Shown: positions 10,401 to 23,341, numbered from the whole stretch's first letter. The stretch is DNA of 63,985 bases, filler included, from an uncultured bacterium (GCA_964543115.1; 6 parts of 6 records of this genome joined end to end with filler, not necessarily neighbours in it); one strand, 5' to 3'. Numbers and translations: made by a program. Notes: generated by a model not told the origin, from the letters alone.

Positions 10401-10526
10401 AAGATCTGAATCAATATAATCAGCCTGAACAGTAATTTGTTTTCTGTTGCTATAGCCACTGAGCCAGGCATAAGCTGAATCAGCTAAACACAACAAACAT
10501 AAAATTATCAATACTATTTTTATCAT
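7482..10526 (-). CDS. Secreted adhesin-like protein: DUF2341 + LamG-like + Ig-like + FN3-like + 4 WYxAEG (DUF5719-like) repeats
   Basis: Signal peptide MIKIVLIILCLLCLADSAYA (ATG 10526 preferred over 10598); WLSGYSNRKQITV/DIRFTD (DUF2341), WYHVVF...GIIDEVRVS (LamG), PTITFNE (Ig), LTGLSPGTTYYVRAYATN (FN3). Confidence 0.82.
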   Translation of the reverse strand: MIKIVLIILCLLCLADSAYAWLSGYSNRKQITVQADYIDSDLTDFPVYIYINSDTDIGGNMQDTTNYNDIRFTDTSDNVLPYEEERMTISGGSATGNYWVQVDLTSASGATIYCYYGKAGDSDGSNATGVWDSNYKGVWHLGDGNSTDADFYQDSTANDNDGQLTDADGDTVQEDGKIGKAMDFNGDADYISIDDHNSLDLTSLTIEAWINVNAVSLDVVIAKGYDAAENYESQVINADYMHQPIKWTNGTRSGLDGSAGKISEDNWYHVVFSYNGTARITYHNGSQDTTSSPSLTPQTNSRPLILGAEENSAGGFMADRFFGGIIDEVRVSSTDRSGDWIKFEYANMGGQADNELTWGSEADLISPTVTFSPLDAATDVALATNPTITFNEAVRNLDDSALTDSNVDSLITLKENNASGDDIAFDTTINAGKTLITINPTSDFSNGQVVYAAIGATVEDVWDNAISASSTTFTTVITTPTVTTTIVSSVTATTASSGGTVTADGGASVTARGVCWSTSQNPTIADSRTSDGTGTGSFTSSLTGLSPGTTYYVRAYATNSEGTVYGDNETFATEEDTEEDTDTSFWYFAEGTTAAPFTQFFIMLNPNENAVEVTPTFMFGDGTTETVDPISIPAQSRYTLRVNDFVTNSAIGAKLTVSGNENIYPERAMYWDIVNNPSGGGHGGIGYQGTATTWYLAEGCTGTGFNEWVLILNPNDAATEVTMSLMTADGLAGTQTISVPATSRVSVHVNDYISNSEVGIKLESSGDVGIVVERALYHYSNGNALMAGQCSLGATATSTSWYFAEGRTVNGFYEYLMLLNPHSSDSADVQVTYVKSDGTTEVESVTIPAQSRRTIRVNDLINDRGVAATVTSTNGVGIVAERSLYWNAGVINWAGSSCSLGAPATGTIWYFAEGYTSESFTDWLFLYNPGTASTADVTITLMQDDDTVSTHEVTVAPQSRTTIYLNSILPAAAFGFKVESTNSVGIVAERAIYWDSGALHWAGGSCTKGIRVQE

Positions 10527-10721
10527 CTTCCACTTATAAATAATATTCTTAAAAATTAAGGGAACCATATAGACCATCCATGCGTTTATGAATATCATTG
10601 TACTTATTTTAAATTATATTAAAAAAATATTTAATATTTTATAATATTATTACGAATAGATTAATACCTAAATTAAATACTAATAAACGAGGGGCGAAAT
10701 AGGAGACTTTTTTCAGTTAAA

Positions 10722-11666
10722 TTACTGTGCAGATGCTCCTTTACTCACATGCCCACCTTTCCAATTCTCCCTACCCTCATCCCAGTACATGGCACGCTCG
10801 GCAATCACCCCTATTCCGTTGGTGCTCTCTACCTTTGTGGAAACACTCTCATCGGGCATATAATCGTTAACATAATAACTGCGCCGGCTGTTTGCCGGAA
10901 CAGTATCGGTTTCCTGCACCGTATTGGCATTGGCGTCCATAAAGGTAACGGTAACCTCCGCCGTGCTTGTTTCGTGTGGATTCTGCACCAGCACCCATTC
11001 ATCATACCCATCCGTACATCCTTCTGTCAGGTACCAGCTAGTTGCCGGAGTGGTTACTCCCGCTGAACAATGCCCGCCGGCATTGTCGATAATACCCGCG
11101 CCCCAGTACATCCCGAAATACATGGCCCGCTCCACAATCACGCCCAAATCATTGGTGCTCTCCACCTTGGTGGATACACTGCTGTCCGGCAGATAATCAC
11201 CCACGTTATACGTGCGCCGGCTGGAAGCCGGAATTATCTCTTCCAGGGCAACAGTAGTGGCATCCTGATCCATAAAGGTAATGGTCACTGCCGCCGCGGA
11301 ATCGGCATTGGGGTTTTGGATCAGCACATACTCACTAAAACCATCGGTGGAACCCTCCGCCAGATACCAGGTAGTGGCGGGCTGCGTTACCCCGATGGAA
11401 CAATGGCCGCCGAAATTCTGCAGCCCCCCGGCGGACCAGTACATCGCCCGTTCGGCAATAATACCAACATCATTTGTACTCACAATTTTTGTGGACACCT
11501 CTTTATCAGGCATATAATTATTCACATAAAAACTGCGCCGGCTAGTAGCAGCAACGGTTTCGGTAAATACTTCCGTATAGCCATACTGGTCCATAAAGGT
11601 AACGGTCACCTCAGCATCAGTATCACCGGGATTCTGGATCAGCACCCATTCGTCAAACCCGCTTGT
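10722..11666 (-). CDS. C-terminal fragment of a WYxAEG (DUF5719-like) repeat surface protein, 5' end lost at contig end
   Basis: Frame open into the gap (TSGFDEWVLIQNP); about 3 repeat units ending WKGGHVSKG. Confidence 0.85.
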   Translation of the reverse strand, partial: TSGFDEWVLIQNPGDTDAEVTVTFMDQYGYTEVFTETVAATSRRSFYVNNYMPDKEVSTKIVSTNDVGIIAERAMYWSAGGLQNFGGHCSIGVTQPATTWYLAEGSTDGFSEYVLIQNPNADSAAAVTITFMDQDATTVALEEIIPASSRRTYNVGDYLPDSSVSTKVESTNDLGVIVERAMYFGMYWGAGIIDNAGGHCSAGVTTPATSWYLTEGCTDGYDEWVLVQNPHETSTAEVTVTFMDANANTVQETDTVPANSRRSYYVNDYMPDESVSTKVESTNGIGVIAERAMYWDEGRENWKGGHVSKGASAQ

Positions 11667-11766
11667 NNNNNNNNNNNNNNNNNNNNNNNNNNNNNNNNNN
11701 NNNNNNNNNNTTAATTAATTAANNNNNNNNNNNNNNNNNNNNNNNNNNNNNNNNNNNNNNNNNNNN
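11667..11766. other. Artificial contig spacer
   Basis: 44 N + TTAATTAATTAA (stops in all frames) + 44 N. Confidence 0.97.
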
Positions 11767-11767
11767 G

Positions 11768-14700
11768 ATTTATTTGCTTAAGAATCATTTTAGCGATTAA
11801 TGTATGCTCATCCCGCTCACCAAATCCCAAGCCGGGAAAAAATCTCAACTTCGGAAACAACCTGATAATCTCACCCAGCGCGCCGGCAACATGTTCTCCG
11901 TTAATATGTTTTTGCTGCTGCTCCAGCCCGAAAAGTTCTTGCCAAATAGTGATAGTTTTTTGCGCCTGCATTTCATGAAGATTCAGCTCTTCCACCAGGT
12001 ATAATCTATAGGCCGGTAACAAGGCCAAATACCTGCTTTTTGTCCCGGGTTTTGTTTTTTGCAATTGTGTCAGTAACGGTTTAAACTGAGAATCTTTTGC
12101 CGCCATTTTTTTTAGCCAAATATAGATCCAAGACCGCTCGATGTCTTTAAACTGCCAATGCTTCAAACTCTCCCCGCGATAACGCTCCCGCAGGAAATTC
12201 TCTCTCTTATGAGGCTTCAACGTTATAGAAACAAGCTGTTTAATCGCCATTAGCTGCTTATGCAATTCCTGCCGCCGCTTAAGTTTGTGTTGCGCGTCTT
12301 CCTTCTCGTCTCTACTCATCGTAAAAAACGCGGCAAATTTCTCATCAAGCTGCGCTAATAAGTCCACACTGGACATATCCATTCTTCTTCCGGTTTCCCG
12401 TCCCCATTTATCCATTGCCAGCAAAAGAGAAACCAGCGCCCCGGGCTCCAGCTGGAACTGTTTTCCCCAGAGCTCATCAATCAATTTCAGATAAGCGAGC
12501 CTTTCTTCACCGCTTACCTCCGTCAGTCCCTTGCTGCCCAAGAGCCAGGTACGCAGGATCATCGCCAGTTTCATCCCCTCTTCCGCGCTCAAGGAGTGAT
12601 GGCGGGTTAAGAGATAAATCTCCTCTCCGATCCTGGTGGCCACTGCGGCTGGATCACCAGCTGTAATCTTCTTTAGTCGTCGCACCGAGCGCCACAATTT
12701 TGGATAACGTTTAACATATTCTCCCAGACCAATCTTAATCATCTCCTGCTTAATTTCCAGCCGCTCGTTATATTCCTTAATCAGGATATCCACATCATGC
12801 TCGTAGAACTTGACATTAGTCTGTAACCATGCCGCTAAACGCCGGTCTTCATTTAATACCGCTAACTCCTTTTCCAGGCGGTCACGCAGGATTTTCTGTT
12901 CCGCTTCAGGCCGCCCTTTCAGCTGCTGGGCGTATTGTTGTTTCGTCTTCTCAATTTCCGCGTCATATTGCGCCGGGGTCTTCACTGTATTCATAAACCG
13001 CAAATTCGTAATCCCGGCAAAATTCTTTTCCCACTGCGCCTTACGCGCGCTGCGCTGCCTGTCCAGTTCCGCTAATCTTTGTTTCATCCTTGCCGGCGCC
13101 ACCCACATCGCCGGATTAAGCATAATTTGAAAAACACCTTTCTGGTATTCCAGTTCGATCTGGGCCAGTAGTTTTTGTTTCTTCAGCAGAGCTAATTCAA
13201 TCAGATCACGCATATCCAGCGGCTCACGTGCTTCCTGATAAAGCCGGTAAAGGGCCATTCCTTCATACATCTCTTGATAAAGCTGCAGATCATCAGCCAC
13301 CATCTTTTGCGCCTCTGCCTTAACCGCGTCGCCTAAACTACGAACCTGCGCCTGCAAACCGGTCTTATCCTGAGCGTATTGGGCCCGCAGTAGTTCCCGG
13401 AAAAGTGTCATTTCTTGACTGGAATAGCGCATATTCTTACTGCGGAAGAGTTTTTCAAAATACAAATTTGCCTGCCGGCGGTATTCCTTGAGATCACTGT
13501 CTTCATATTCCAGCGGCACGATCAATAACTGATAAAGCTTGGCTTCCGGTTTCGCCCGGAGGATATCCAGCAACATAACCTTATCTTCATAAGTAAGCTG
13601 ACGGATATCCAGCAATTTCGTCCGGCAGAGTTTGAGTAACGAAGCCTGATCTTCACCATTTAACCGGTTCTGTTTCAATCGCCGCCAGACACCGCTGTAT
13701 CTCCGGTAAAATCCACTTATTCTTCCCCGCAGCTCACGTTCTTTCACTTTTGCCGCCCTGATCAATTTCTTTCTTTGTTTCCTGTCAGCCAGGCTGTGTT
13801 TAAGATTCTGTATTGTTTTAGTAGCCGCGGCCGCCAGTTCACCTTTCAACATCCTGGTATCCTGAGCCGTTTTATCTCCTTTCCTGCTAGTCTGTAAATA
13901 CGCTAAAACACTATTAACCTGCTGCTGCGTCAACTGTCCTTTACCGTCTTTTTGAATCTCTTTGATACGGGCAATTATTTCTTCAAACCCTTTACCCCGC
14001 AAACGAAGAATCAGGCCGAAAACCGCGTCACTGTTGGCCTGACTGAAATTGTTGCGCCTCACCACGGCCACCACTGCCTGATAGGCCCTGGCATCATCCG
14101 CTTGCGTCTGCTGAATTATTCTCCGCCGCGCTGCCCGCCATCTCTCTTTTAGGTAACCAAGAACCTTACCCAGTTGACGAGCACTTAATTTTGCCCGGTT
14201 CTTGATCCGGGACAGAGCACTACGCAGATCTTTCCTCCCTCTCAATACCCTCTCTAAACGGGCAAGATTTTCCTTTGTCACCTTAGCAAACTTATTATTG
14301 GCTACTACATCCATCAATGCGGCGCTTTCACTAACCATCATCTCCCGCAGCCGCAGATAAGCGATCAGCGCCCGCTGTTGTTTCTGAGTTAAATTCTTAC
14401 CGGTAGTAATCGCTTCCACTAGCGGCTGAAAACGTTTTTCTGTTTTCAACAGGACCAGTAAACGGGCAATATCCGCTGCCGGCGCGGTTGCCAGTTTGTT
14501 TTCCCGGATCAGCCGCGCTAAGCGCGCGTTTTCTTTTGCCGTGCCCCAACGCTGCTTGAGATAATCGGTTACCATCCTGATCTCAGCCTGACTCAAAGAT
14601 TTTCCGCTGCGTATACTGCTGACTATTTTCCGGAATTTCGGCTGCGCCTTGAGAATAGCGATTAATTTAGCTTTTTCTTCCGGTTTAGCGGAAGTAAAAT

Positions 14701-17700
14701 CATTTCCCGCCACAAAGAGGATAAGCATCCGGCCCTCACTATCCGCCTGCTTGAGATCATCTGCGGTTTGCGTTCCCTCTAAATAATACCTGGCAACGAG
14801 TTTGGCGGTCTCCGCTTCCTGTTCAATGATGAAGCGCAATGTTTGACTACGGGCATTAACCAGCGGCGCGATAAACAGTTCCCGAATCGTTGCCGGGTCC
14901 GGCATCACCTGTTTTTGCTGCCGCGGCTCTACCCGGTCGCCTCTGGCCGGCACTTGAGAACGGGAAATTCTTTCTAAACCCTGTTCAATCTGTTCCGGCG
15001 TTAAATCACGCTGGAACCAGGCAGCTACCCTCTCCACGCTCACTTTTCCTAAGGCATCTATTTCCGGAAACACCTCCGCCAGGAGCTGCATATAGGCGGG
15101 CACCATATCTTTATTAAGATCCAAAAGGTGCGGCCGTTCATTGATCACCTGCCGGCTGAGATTGAGCAGCTGATGGAAATAAACAACTGATTTGGTCTTA
15201 AAATATTTACGGACCTGATCCGGCGGCAGGCCCTTGTTCCAGGCCATCATGATAACGCCCACTTTGGCCTTCTGCATCCACAATAATTCCCGGCCGTATT
15301 TCTCCGCCCGCTCGACACCGGAAACAAAGTTTTCGTAATCCTTCTCAAACTGGGTCAGGGTTCTCTGCCGGGCGCGTTTACCATAATCCGTATCCATCCG
15401 TGATCCCAGCAAAGTATCTCTAACATGTTTAGTTACCGCTTTCACATTGGTAAGCATAAATTTCCGGTACTGCGCCTGAGGAACACGATGCTGTTGAAGA
15501 TATTTATAGATCAGGCTGCCCACCTCATTGCCGAAACTGGCGCGTAATTCCCGTTGGCCGAATTTATCCGCCCGCATACTATAGGTAAAATCCAAAAAGT
15601 TTCTCCTGATCGCCTGTTTGAGATTATCTTCACCCATTAACTGCTTAAATTTATCATACTCATCCGGGTACTGTTCCTTGTACCACTCAATCGGTTTAGC
15701 GGCCTTCAACCGTTTCTCCAGCCGTTGTTTCTGCAAGCCCTTACGCGCCTGCCGCAGCGCCGTCATCTTCCGGCCCAGTTCATCCTGCTGAACCATCACC
15801 CGGGCGATCGCTGAAGCCATATCATCGCCGCTTAAGATCCGCTCCTGCCGCGCCTTTAATTCTTGTCTGGATAATCCTTTGTTTAGCCCCAGTTCATCCG
15901 CCAGGCGCGTAAACTCCCGCTGCAGGGAAATACGCTGTAACTGCAAAGCGGTGATCTCTTTACGCAATTTATCCTGTTCAGCAAAATCTTTAGTCCGGCG
16001 CAATTCCGCTTCCCGCCAGGAGATCTGTCCTTCCAGTCTGGTTATCTGTTTTCTAATAGCGATCAACCGGTCGATCTTCTTGTTCCAGGCTGTCCGCGCC
16101 GCTGCTTCATCTTCCTGTTTAGCCTGACGCCGTTTTGCCCGCCAGTCATCCAGCAGGGCCCCGGCATCCGGCGGGCCGGCCCGTACCGCCTTGATCTTGC
16201 TTTTAATAAACAGGCCGATCTTTCCCGGCTGCTTCTGCTTCGTTGGCTGTTTCAACTTCAATTTTTCAATATCCTCTACCGGCATAATAGTTGCCGGCAG
16301 TAGTTTTTGCTGTTTCAGTGCCTCTGCCGCCTGCCGGAATTTTGTTTCCAGTAACTGATACTGGTGTACTAATCCCTGTAACTGTTTAGCAAGCCTCCTC
16401 TGTTCATATTTATCCGTTGCCTGTTCTTTTTCCCGGCGCACCTCAACAATCTTTTCTCCCAATTCCGCCAGCTGCTTTTTCATATCCAGATAGGCTTTGA
16501 TCTCAGCCACTTTTTGTTGTTTTTCTTTTGCCAGCCGTTTTGCGGTTGGTGAGGCCTTTCCGCTTTTCGCGTCAGTATAACCGGTAAGAATATATTGCAG
16601 CCGTTTCTGTTCCAGATCATACAACCGCTGACTCAACTCCACCTGATCAGCCGGGTCAGCCAGCAACAGCATTTTTTGCACCCGGGCGATCTCTTCTTCC
16701 AAATGACGGTACAAACCGCTATCCCGCGCCCCTTCTCTTTTATCCGCCTGCATTCTGGCCTGCATCTTATCTCCGGCCGTGGCTAAATTAACATAATAAT
16801 CCTTGGTCTTACCCCAAACCTCACTTAAGGGAATCTCCGCCGCGGTATAAGGCACCCCGGCATACTGGCTGCGGGCAAAAGCGATGGTGGGTGCCGCACC
16901 CAGCACCGAAACACCCATAAACGGCATAAACAATTTATTGAGGAATTTGATTACCTTTTCCGGTTTACTCCAGCTATCCAGCCTTCTTTCCCAACCCACC
17001 CGGGCCAGGGATAGTTCAACCAGCGCGCAGGTAATCGCTTCGCCGAATACCCGGGCAAACATACTTCCCGCGCCTAGATCAGAACAAACACCGGCCACCA
17101 TCTCGTCTATTTCAGCTTGAGAAAAATAACGGCCGTCTTTTGGTTTACGCTTTTCTAATATTTTAAATAAGTCTTTTAGGCGTTCGTGTGTTTCCGGATG
17201 ATCAACAAAACTTTTTTTCATCATTTCATAGGCCAGCGCCTGCGGGTTAGGAAAATGCCGCTCATCCGCTTTACGCTTACCGTCTTCTTTCAGTTCCGCC
17301 TTGAACTCCGCTACCGCCTCACTAATGCGCATTGCCACTTTTTTATTATGCATTTCTATCTCAGCTACGGCCTTATTATATTTCTTCTGGCGGAGAAACC
17401 TCTTTTTCGCCAGGTATTCATAATTCCGGGGTAACAGTTTATTCCGCCAGCGCCAGTAGAGCAGAAAAATAGGCAGGCCAACCAATACCAACGCACCAAA
17501 CACACCAACAACTATCTTCCAGGCAACAGTGGTTACGCCAAATAAAACAAATAACCAGCCGCCTACCAGCCCGGCAAAGGCCACAATTGAACAGCCGATA
17601 ATAAATAACATCCGGGCATTAAGGATCGCCGCCCGAAACATCGGCAGCAAGCGGTGATATCCTTTCCCGGTTGTTGTTCCCGCCAACGCGTCCTGCCGCA

Positions 17701-20700
17701 CAATCCGGCCGGCATTCTGCCACATGGTTAAGGTCATTAACACACCCTGCACAACAAAAAGCAGCATTATCGGCACCCCGATTGCCGTGATTAGATTAAA
17801 CCCGCTGGCAATACCAGCGGCACCGAAAAGAGCGACCAGGGATTTGGCAATATAAAGACTAAAGTAAGAAGTTAATAGGGTGAGCAATCCACCACCGATA
17901 ATACCGCTCAGGCCGCCTAATATTCCGGCTCGTTTACTGGCTGAATCGCGGAAATCCGCGATAAAGGCAGTACGCGCGGCAAAGAAGGCACTGACCAGAA
18001 GCACAATAACCGGCAAACCCAGCGTTCCCCAGTCAAGAATCGCCGGCAAACCAACCAGGAATAAATAGGGATTAAACCCGGCGCTGATCGCAATAGCTAA
18101 TAAACTTACGGTAAATAAGGCCCCGCCCAGGAACCCTTTTAAATAGCGTTTCCCTTTACTGGTCTTGGCCGGAGTAGCCAGCGCTTTACGAAAATCCTTG
18201 CGCGCCTCGCGCCCCAGCATAAACAATAGTCCCTGAGAAACAAAACCGATAGTACCCAACACCGCGGCGGCAAAGAGAAAAATATAACTAATATAACTAA
18301 TTAACGGTGAAAACAGCGGATTAATGCCCACAAACGAAAGTAAACTCATTGCCGCCAGAAAGGGCATCAGGCTGCCCACCAGGGTAAGGGTCTTCCGCCA
18401 GGTAGAAACCGCGGTTCCGGTCCAGAACTTTTTCGTCCAGAACCGGGCCCGCATATTTACCAGCTCCGCCGCTTCATAAGAGGAACCCTCTACTCCCTGA
18501 AACCGTTTAACCAGCGGAATAAGCGCCACGCCGAAAAACACAGTGAAAATTGCCAGCATCGTTAAACCGGGAATCGATAAACTTGTAAACGCCGCCACTA
18601 TTGTTCCAATAACCGGTACCTGCGCCATCTGCGTGAAACCGGCAATACTCAAGAAACGCAGTCCCCAGGTAAATAAAACCGCCAATGACCCAATCGTACC
18701 GATAGCAAAGGCCCGGGAAAAATAACGCGGCGCCAGAATAGCAATTGCCGCTAGTACTATAGCTATACCTATTATTATTAAGGCAACATAGTGCAGGCTC
18801 AGCCAATAGGCCAGTGCACCGCCGATGGTTACCGCCAATAGTAACTTCAGTAATTTCCCTCTTCTTAAACTCCGTTCCGCACGCACAAGCGCCTGTTCCT
18901 GTTCCCCAAAATTAGGTGCTGACTCAGCCCACTGGTCGGCAGTGGCCAGTACCTGGGCCAATTGCCCTATCCGGCGTTGTTCCATCTCTTCATACATATT
19001 AGTGGTTATTCTTTCTATTTCAGCAAAGGTCACCTTGGGATCGGTAAACTGCCGGCCAATCCCCGGCTGGTTCATCTGTTTCTGCAGGCGATGCTTGGTG
19101 AGCCCGGCATCACTGATAAACCGCGCCCAGTTATTATCCACCATCTCCAGCGCCTGCATTTTCAGGAAATCAAACGCCCAGTCAAAAATACATTCCGCCA
19201 GAACGTCCCTGCCCTGCGCCATTGCTTCGCGGAACCGCCGCAGTGTTGCCCGGTCCGCTTCATTATCTTCGTCAAACTGCAGTCTGAACATACCTTCCAG
19301 AAACGGCTGGATATGATCATAATGGCCCATCCGGCTCACCCCGGTATCAATTCGCCGGGCCAGGCCATGCAGAATATGCTGCCTTTGCGGCACACGGAAA
19401 TAATCGCCGGAAACAATATCCGCCCGAAAATCTGCCTGCTGATCATTAAAGTTCAGCATAAACCTGCCAAACCGCATTTCCTGTTCAATAGTCTGCAGAG
19501 TCTGTTGCTTAACGGTCTGCTGCATCTGTTTCATTACTCTATCCCCGCGGCCCTCCGGCACAAATTCATAGAAATTACCCGCTGCTGCTCCGATCTCATC
19601 CCGGAAATAGCTCATATCCTCACCAATCTGTTTCTTATATTTAACAAACACACTATCTTCCAGCGACCAAAACCCGTACCAACGGCCAATCTTACCGTCC
19701 CGGGCCACCCGGCCGCGGAACTGCGTATCCGTTGCTTCTAGTTCATCACAATAAGTAGAAACCGCGGTCATATTATTACCCTTAAAATCCACTCCCCGGC
19801 CGCTAAGATTAGTAGAAACAATAATTACCCGTTTATCACGGGAAAGATCTTCCACCGCGTCTTTCAAATTAAAATAATCGGCAGAGGTAAATTTAACAAT
19901 AATTGTTTCCGTTTCTGTCATTTCACTGCCGTTAATTAATATCCGGCCGTCCCTCACCTCAATTTTATCTTCCACTTTTACCTGATACTGGTTGCGATAA
20001 CCCAGGGCACCGCTTATCCGTTCCACATATTGTTGGGCCGCCTCATCTGATTCTACGCGTACCAGCATAGAGCCCTGCCTTACCCGGCCCACACCCTCAT
20101 CATCACGCATCTGAATACCATGCTCATGCACATCAGCAATCCAGGCCACCGCCGCTTCCCGACTGTTTTCCTGCCGCTCATAGATCCGCATTTGATCGGT
20201 TCTGGTTACGGCTGGTTGAACCTCGCTCTCAGCCAATGGATCCTCAACATTTTTATTCCAGATCCGCCGCATTGTCTCTTTATCCAGCGTAGCACTGGCG
20301 CCGGTAAATCCGCTCACCAAACCGAATTCCGGATCTAATACTTCAGAGAGATGCATGGAAGCCAGGCTCAGGGCCTCCGGCTTAAGATCAGTGGTCAGGC
20401 CGTGTTTAATCCTCACCGCCACATCCAGTCCATAACTCCATTTACGCCCTTCCATTTTCATGCCGGTAGTATCATGATCAATAATCTCAATCTCGCCTTT
20501 TTCGTAATTAATGCCATAGTGCGTTCCTTCCTGATAAAAAATATAGGCAGTCAGGGCCTGTTCCACAAATTCCTGCCAGAGATAAAATTCATCCGTATCA
20601 AATGAAGGCCGATCCACATCCAGAAACTGTTCGGCATACTTGCCGCGCAGCCAGCGTACACCGTCTTCGGTAAGACTAACTGATTTTCTTTCTTGATCAG

Positions 20701-23341
20701 CCCGGCACAACTCGGCATTCAGTATTCGCCAATCATTTCCCCAGGCAGAAAGCAGTTCATTCTTCACCATCCGGTCAGCCAACCGCTGTACATATAATCT
20801 TTCCTCTGCCCGCTGTTTCACCTCCGCGTCGCCAAAATCCTCACCGCCGGAAATCACACAGGGCGTATGAATATGATAGACCAGCGGCACATCCGCTTCG
20901 TCAAAGGCAATAAAATAGGTCTGATCCTGATCTTGCTCGCGCCAACGCAAGGCGCGGTCACGCGCGCTGCGGGAGGTAAAGGTATCGTCTTCAAACCGGT
21001 GAACGAAATTATAGATATTCAGATATATCACATCCGCTTGTTCATAAAGCTCTTGCTCACTCACTTCCCGCTGCCGGCCTTCTCCATCAACAATATAGGC
21101 CTGCCGTCCGCCGCCGGGTTTAGTAGCCACATAACCGGCGGTTATCCCCAAGAGCGAATAAACCTTGCCGGCATTCTTGCCGTCGCGGGCCACCAGGTGT
21201 TCTTCGGTGGCAATAATAACCTTTTCCCGTTTACCCCGAGCTCTGCTCGTTCTATTTTCTAATGTTTTCAGAAAACCAAAGGCATTAAACATAAATGTTT
21301 TGCCCGCGCTGGTGGGCATGCGCACCATATTATCCGGATCAGCGATCATTGTCCGGGCACCCTGTTTCTGCACCTCCCATTTATCCTTAATCAGCGGATT
21401 ATCTTCCAGCACGCCACTGACCATAATCGCCTGTTCCACCAGGTCCAATGCCTCATTAACACTCTTCGCGCTATCACTGGTAAATCTTCCTTCCGCCAAT
21501 TCCCGCGACCGTCTGAGAACATCTGCCGGGGTGATTTTCTGGTAATAGAGCGTTTCATCAGCCTTTGTCTGCCGAAATGGATAAGCAATCTCATAATCAG
21601 CTATTTGTTGATCTTCATACTCCTGTAACTGCACACTAACTCCCTCCCGCATTAACTGGAAACCCTGCAATAAGTTTCTGCGCACTTCTGGATATCTTTT
21701 GAACAGTGCTACCATCTCCCTTCTAATCCGGGCGGCATCCTCTAGATCAAGTAAATTACCCACAAACAGATCCGCCAGTTCCTTTTCCCGGCCGTCCGCA
21801 CACAACTCTGTTAATTGCTCCACCTGCCCCACAGTCACCGCAAACATCCGTCCCTGCTGAACTGCCTGCGCCAGCGCCTGATGGGTATCTGCTTCACTCA
21901 CTGTTCCAATACTAAGATTTTTCCCGGCGACCGGAGCACCAAACAGAGCCTGGGGAAATTCCTTTTCGATCATTGCCCCCATTACCTTTGGCAAATCAAA
22001 TTTTTTCGCCAGAATTGGGGCATGGAATAAGGGAACATCAGCTTCAAAAACTGCATCTAAATCCAGCTGTTCTCCTGCCAATTCCGCTTGTTCTAACCTG
22101 TCTAAAAACGCCCAAAGCTGCGGTTCAAAACCAGGATCAAGCTGTTTTGCCTGTTTAAAATAATGATTGGCCTTTCTGTGTTTACCCAGTGCCTGGTAAA
22201 TCCAACCCAGATGGTAGTAAGCCTCCACACAAAGATCATCTATTTCCTTGGCCTTCTCCAGCATCTCTATACTCTGCTTATACTGTTCCCGCATACCGTA
22301 GATCCGGCCCAATCCTATATAAGCCAGAAGACATTTTTCATCAATCACCAGCGCCCGCTTGTAGGCGGCAATAGCTTTATCCACCTTACGAAAATGCAAA
22401 TGCTGCTGTGCCTCTCTTAGTGTTCTGGCCAAACGCATCTCCGGATTCCCTTGCGTTACCCGCTGCTGTAATTCCCTGGCTGCCGCGCTGGCATCATCCT
22501 CATGGTCATCGCGTTTCATATCCCGCACCTCATGCTCCACCTGCTGGCGAAAACCAACTTCATCGCCATTTCTTTGTGCCGCAGTTACACCCCGGTAACC
22601 AGTATAAATTGATTGAAAGGGGAATTCTACGCCGTCGGTCCGAGCAGCCTTACGGCCGCGGCCGGCATGGCCAACCAGATTATTATTTTCATCCACAAAC
22701 ACAATTGCCGGTTGCCCTGGTTCCTCCATTACAATACACAAGCGCAAATGCTCACTATCCGTACCTAGATGAGCTTCCACTAATTGATCAATATATGGTT
22801 TTTCCTCTTCCTCGGGAACAAACTCAACTGCTTGTGGAGGTTGAGCTACCTGCGGTTCAGGCTCCACTACCGACTCCTGTACAGGCTGCGGTTCAACTAC
22901 CGGCAAAGGTTCCGGCTCTGGCTCCGGTTCTGGTTCCGGTTGAGGTTGTGGTGCCAGCTCTGGCTCTGGTTCCTGTTCTGGTTGCGGTACTATTAGTAGC
23001 TCCGGCTCTGGTTTTGCTTCTATCTCTACCACTATCTCTTCCAATGATTCTGCTTCTACCTCTGAGTCCGGCACTATTTGCAGTTCTGGCTTTACCTCTG
23101 GTTGTGGCTCTGGTTCTGGTTGCGGTTCTGGTTCTGGTTGCGGCTCTAGTTCTGGTTGCGGCTCAGTTAATCCTTCAATCTTTTTCGCTAATTCATCAAC
23201 CCGGACATTTAATTCTGTATGAACCGCTAATACAAGCGGAGTTAATCTGCGCTCACCAATCCCCAGCCAGGACCAGATCATCGACAGCCTGCCGGCCAGA
23301 TATTCTTTATCTGCTAAAACAGCCTCTGCTGTCTTCGCTTC
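11768..23341 (-). CDS. Giant (>3858 aa, both ends truncated) protein with PE/PQ linker, TPRs, embedded SecA ATPase, multi-pass membrane region and long helical/coiled-coil tail
   Basis: Frame open at both contig ends; SecA-like motifs [62 protein letters not shown]; about 14 hydrophobic segments at 17430-18860. Confidence 0.88.

Noticed and set aside
7482..11666. Diversity-generating retroelement template/variable repeats among the WYxAEG units
   Set aside because: No reverse transcriptase; differences look like ordinary codon divergence rather than adenine-specific changes
10749..11714. Plus-strand ORFs opposite the repeat gene, and the similar 27963-28646 minus-strand ORF
   Set aside because: Antisense to clear protein repeats; no independent motifs or RBS
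18950..21560. Calling this the housekeeping secA gene
   Set aside because: It lies in-frame inside a >3858-aa ORF with no internal stop, and Walker A and other motifs diverge from the canonical MxTGEGKT/DEVD
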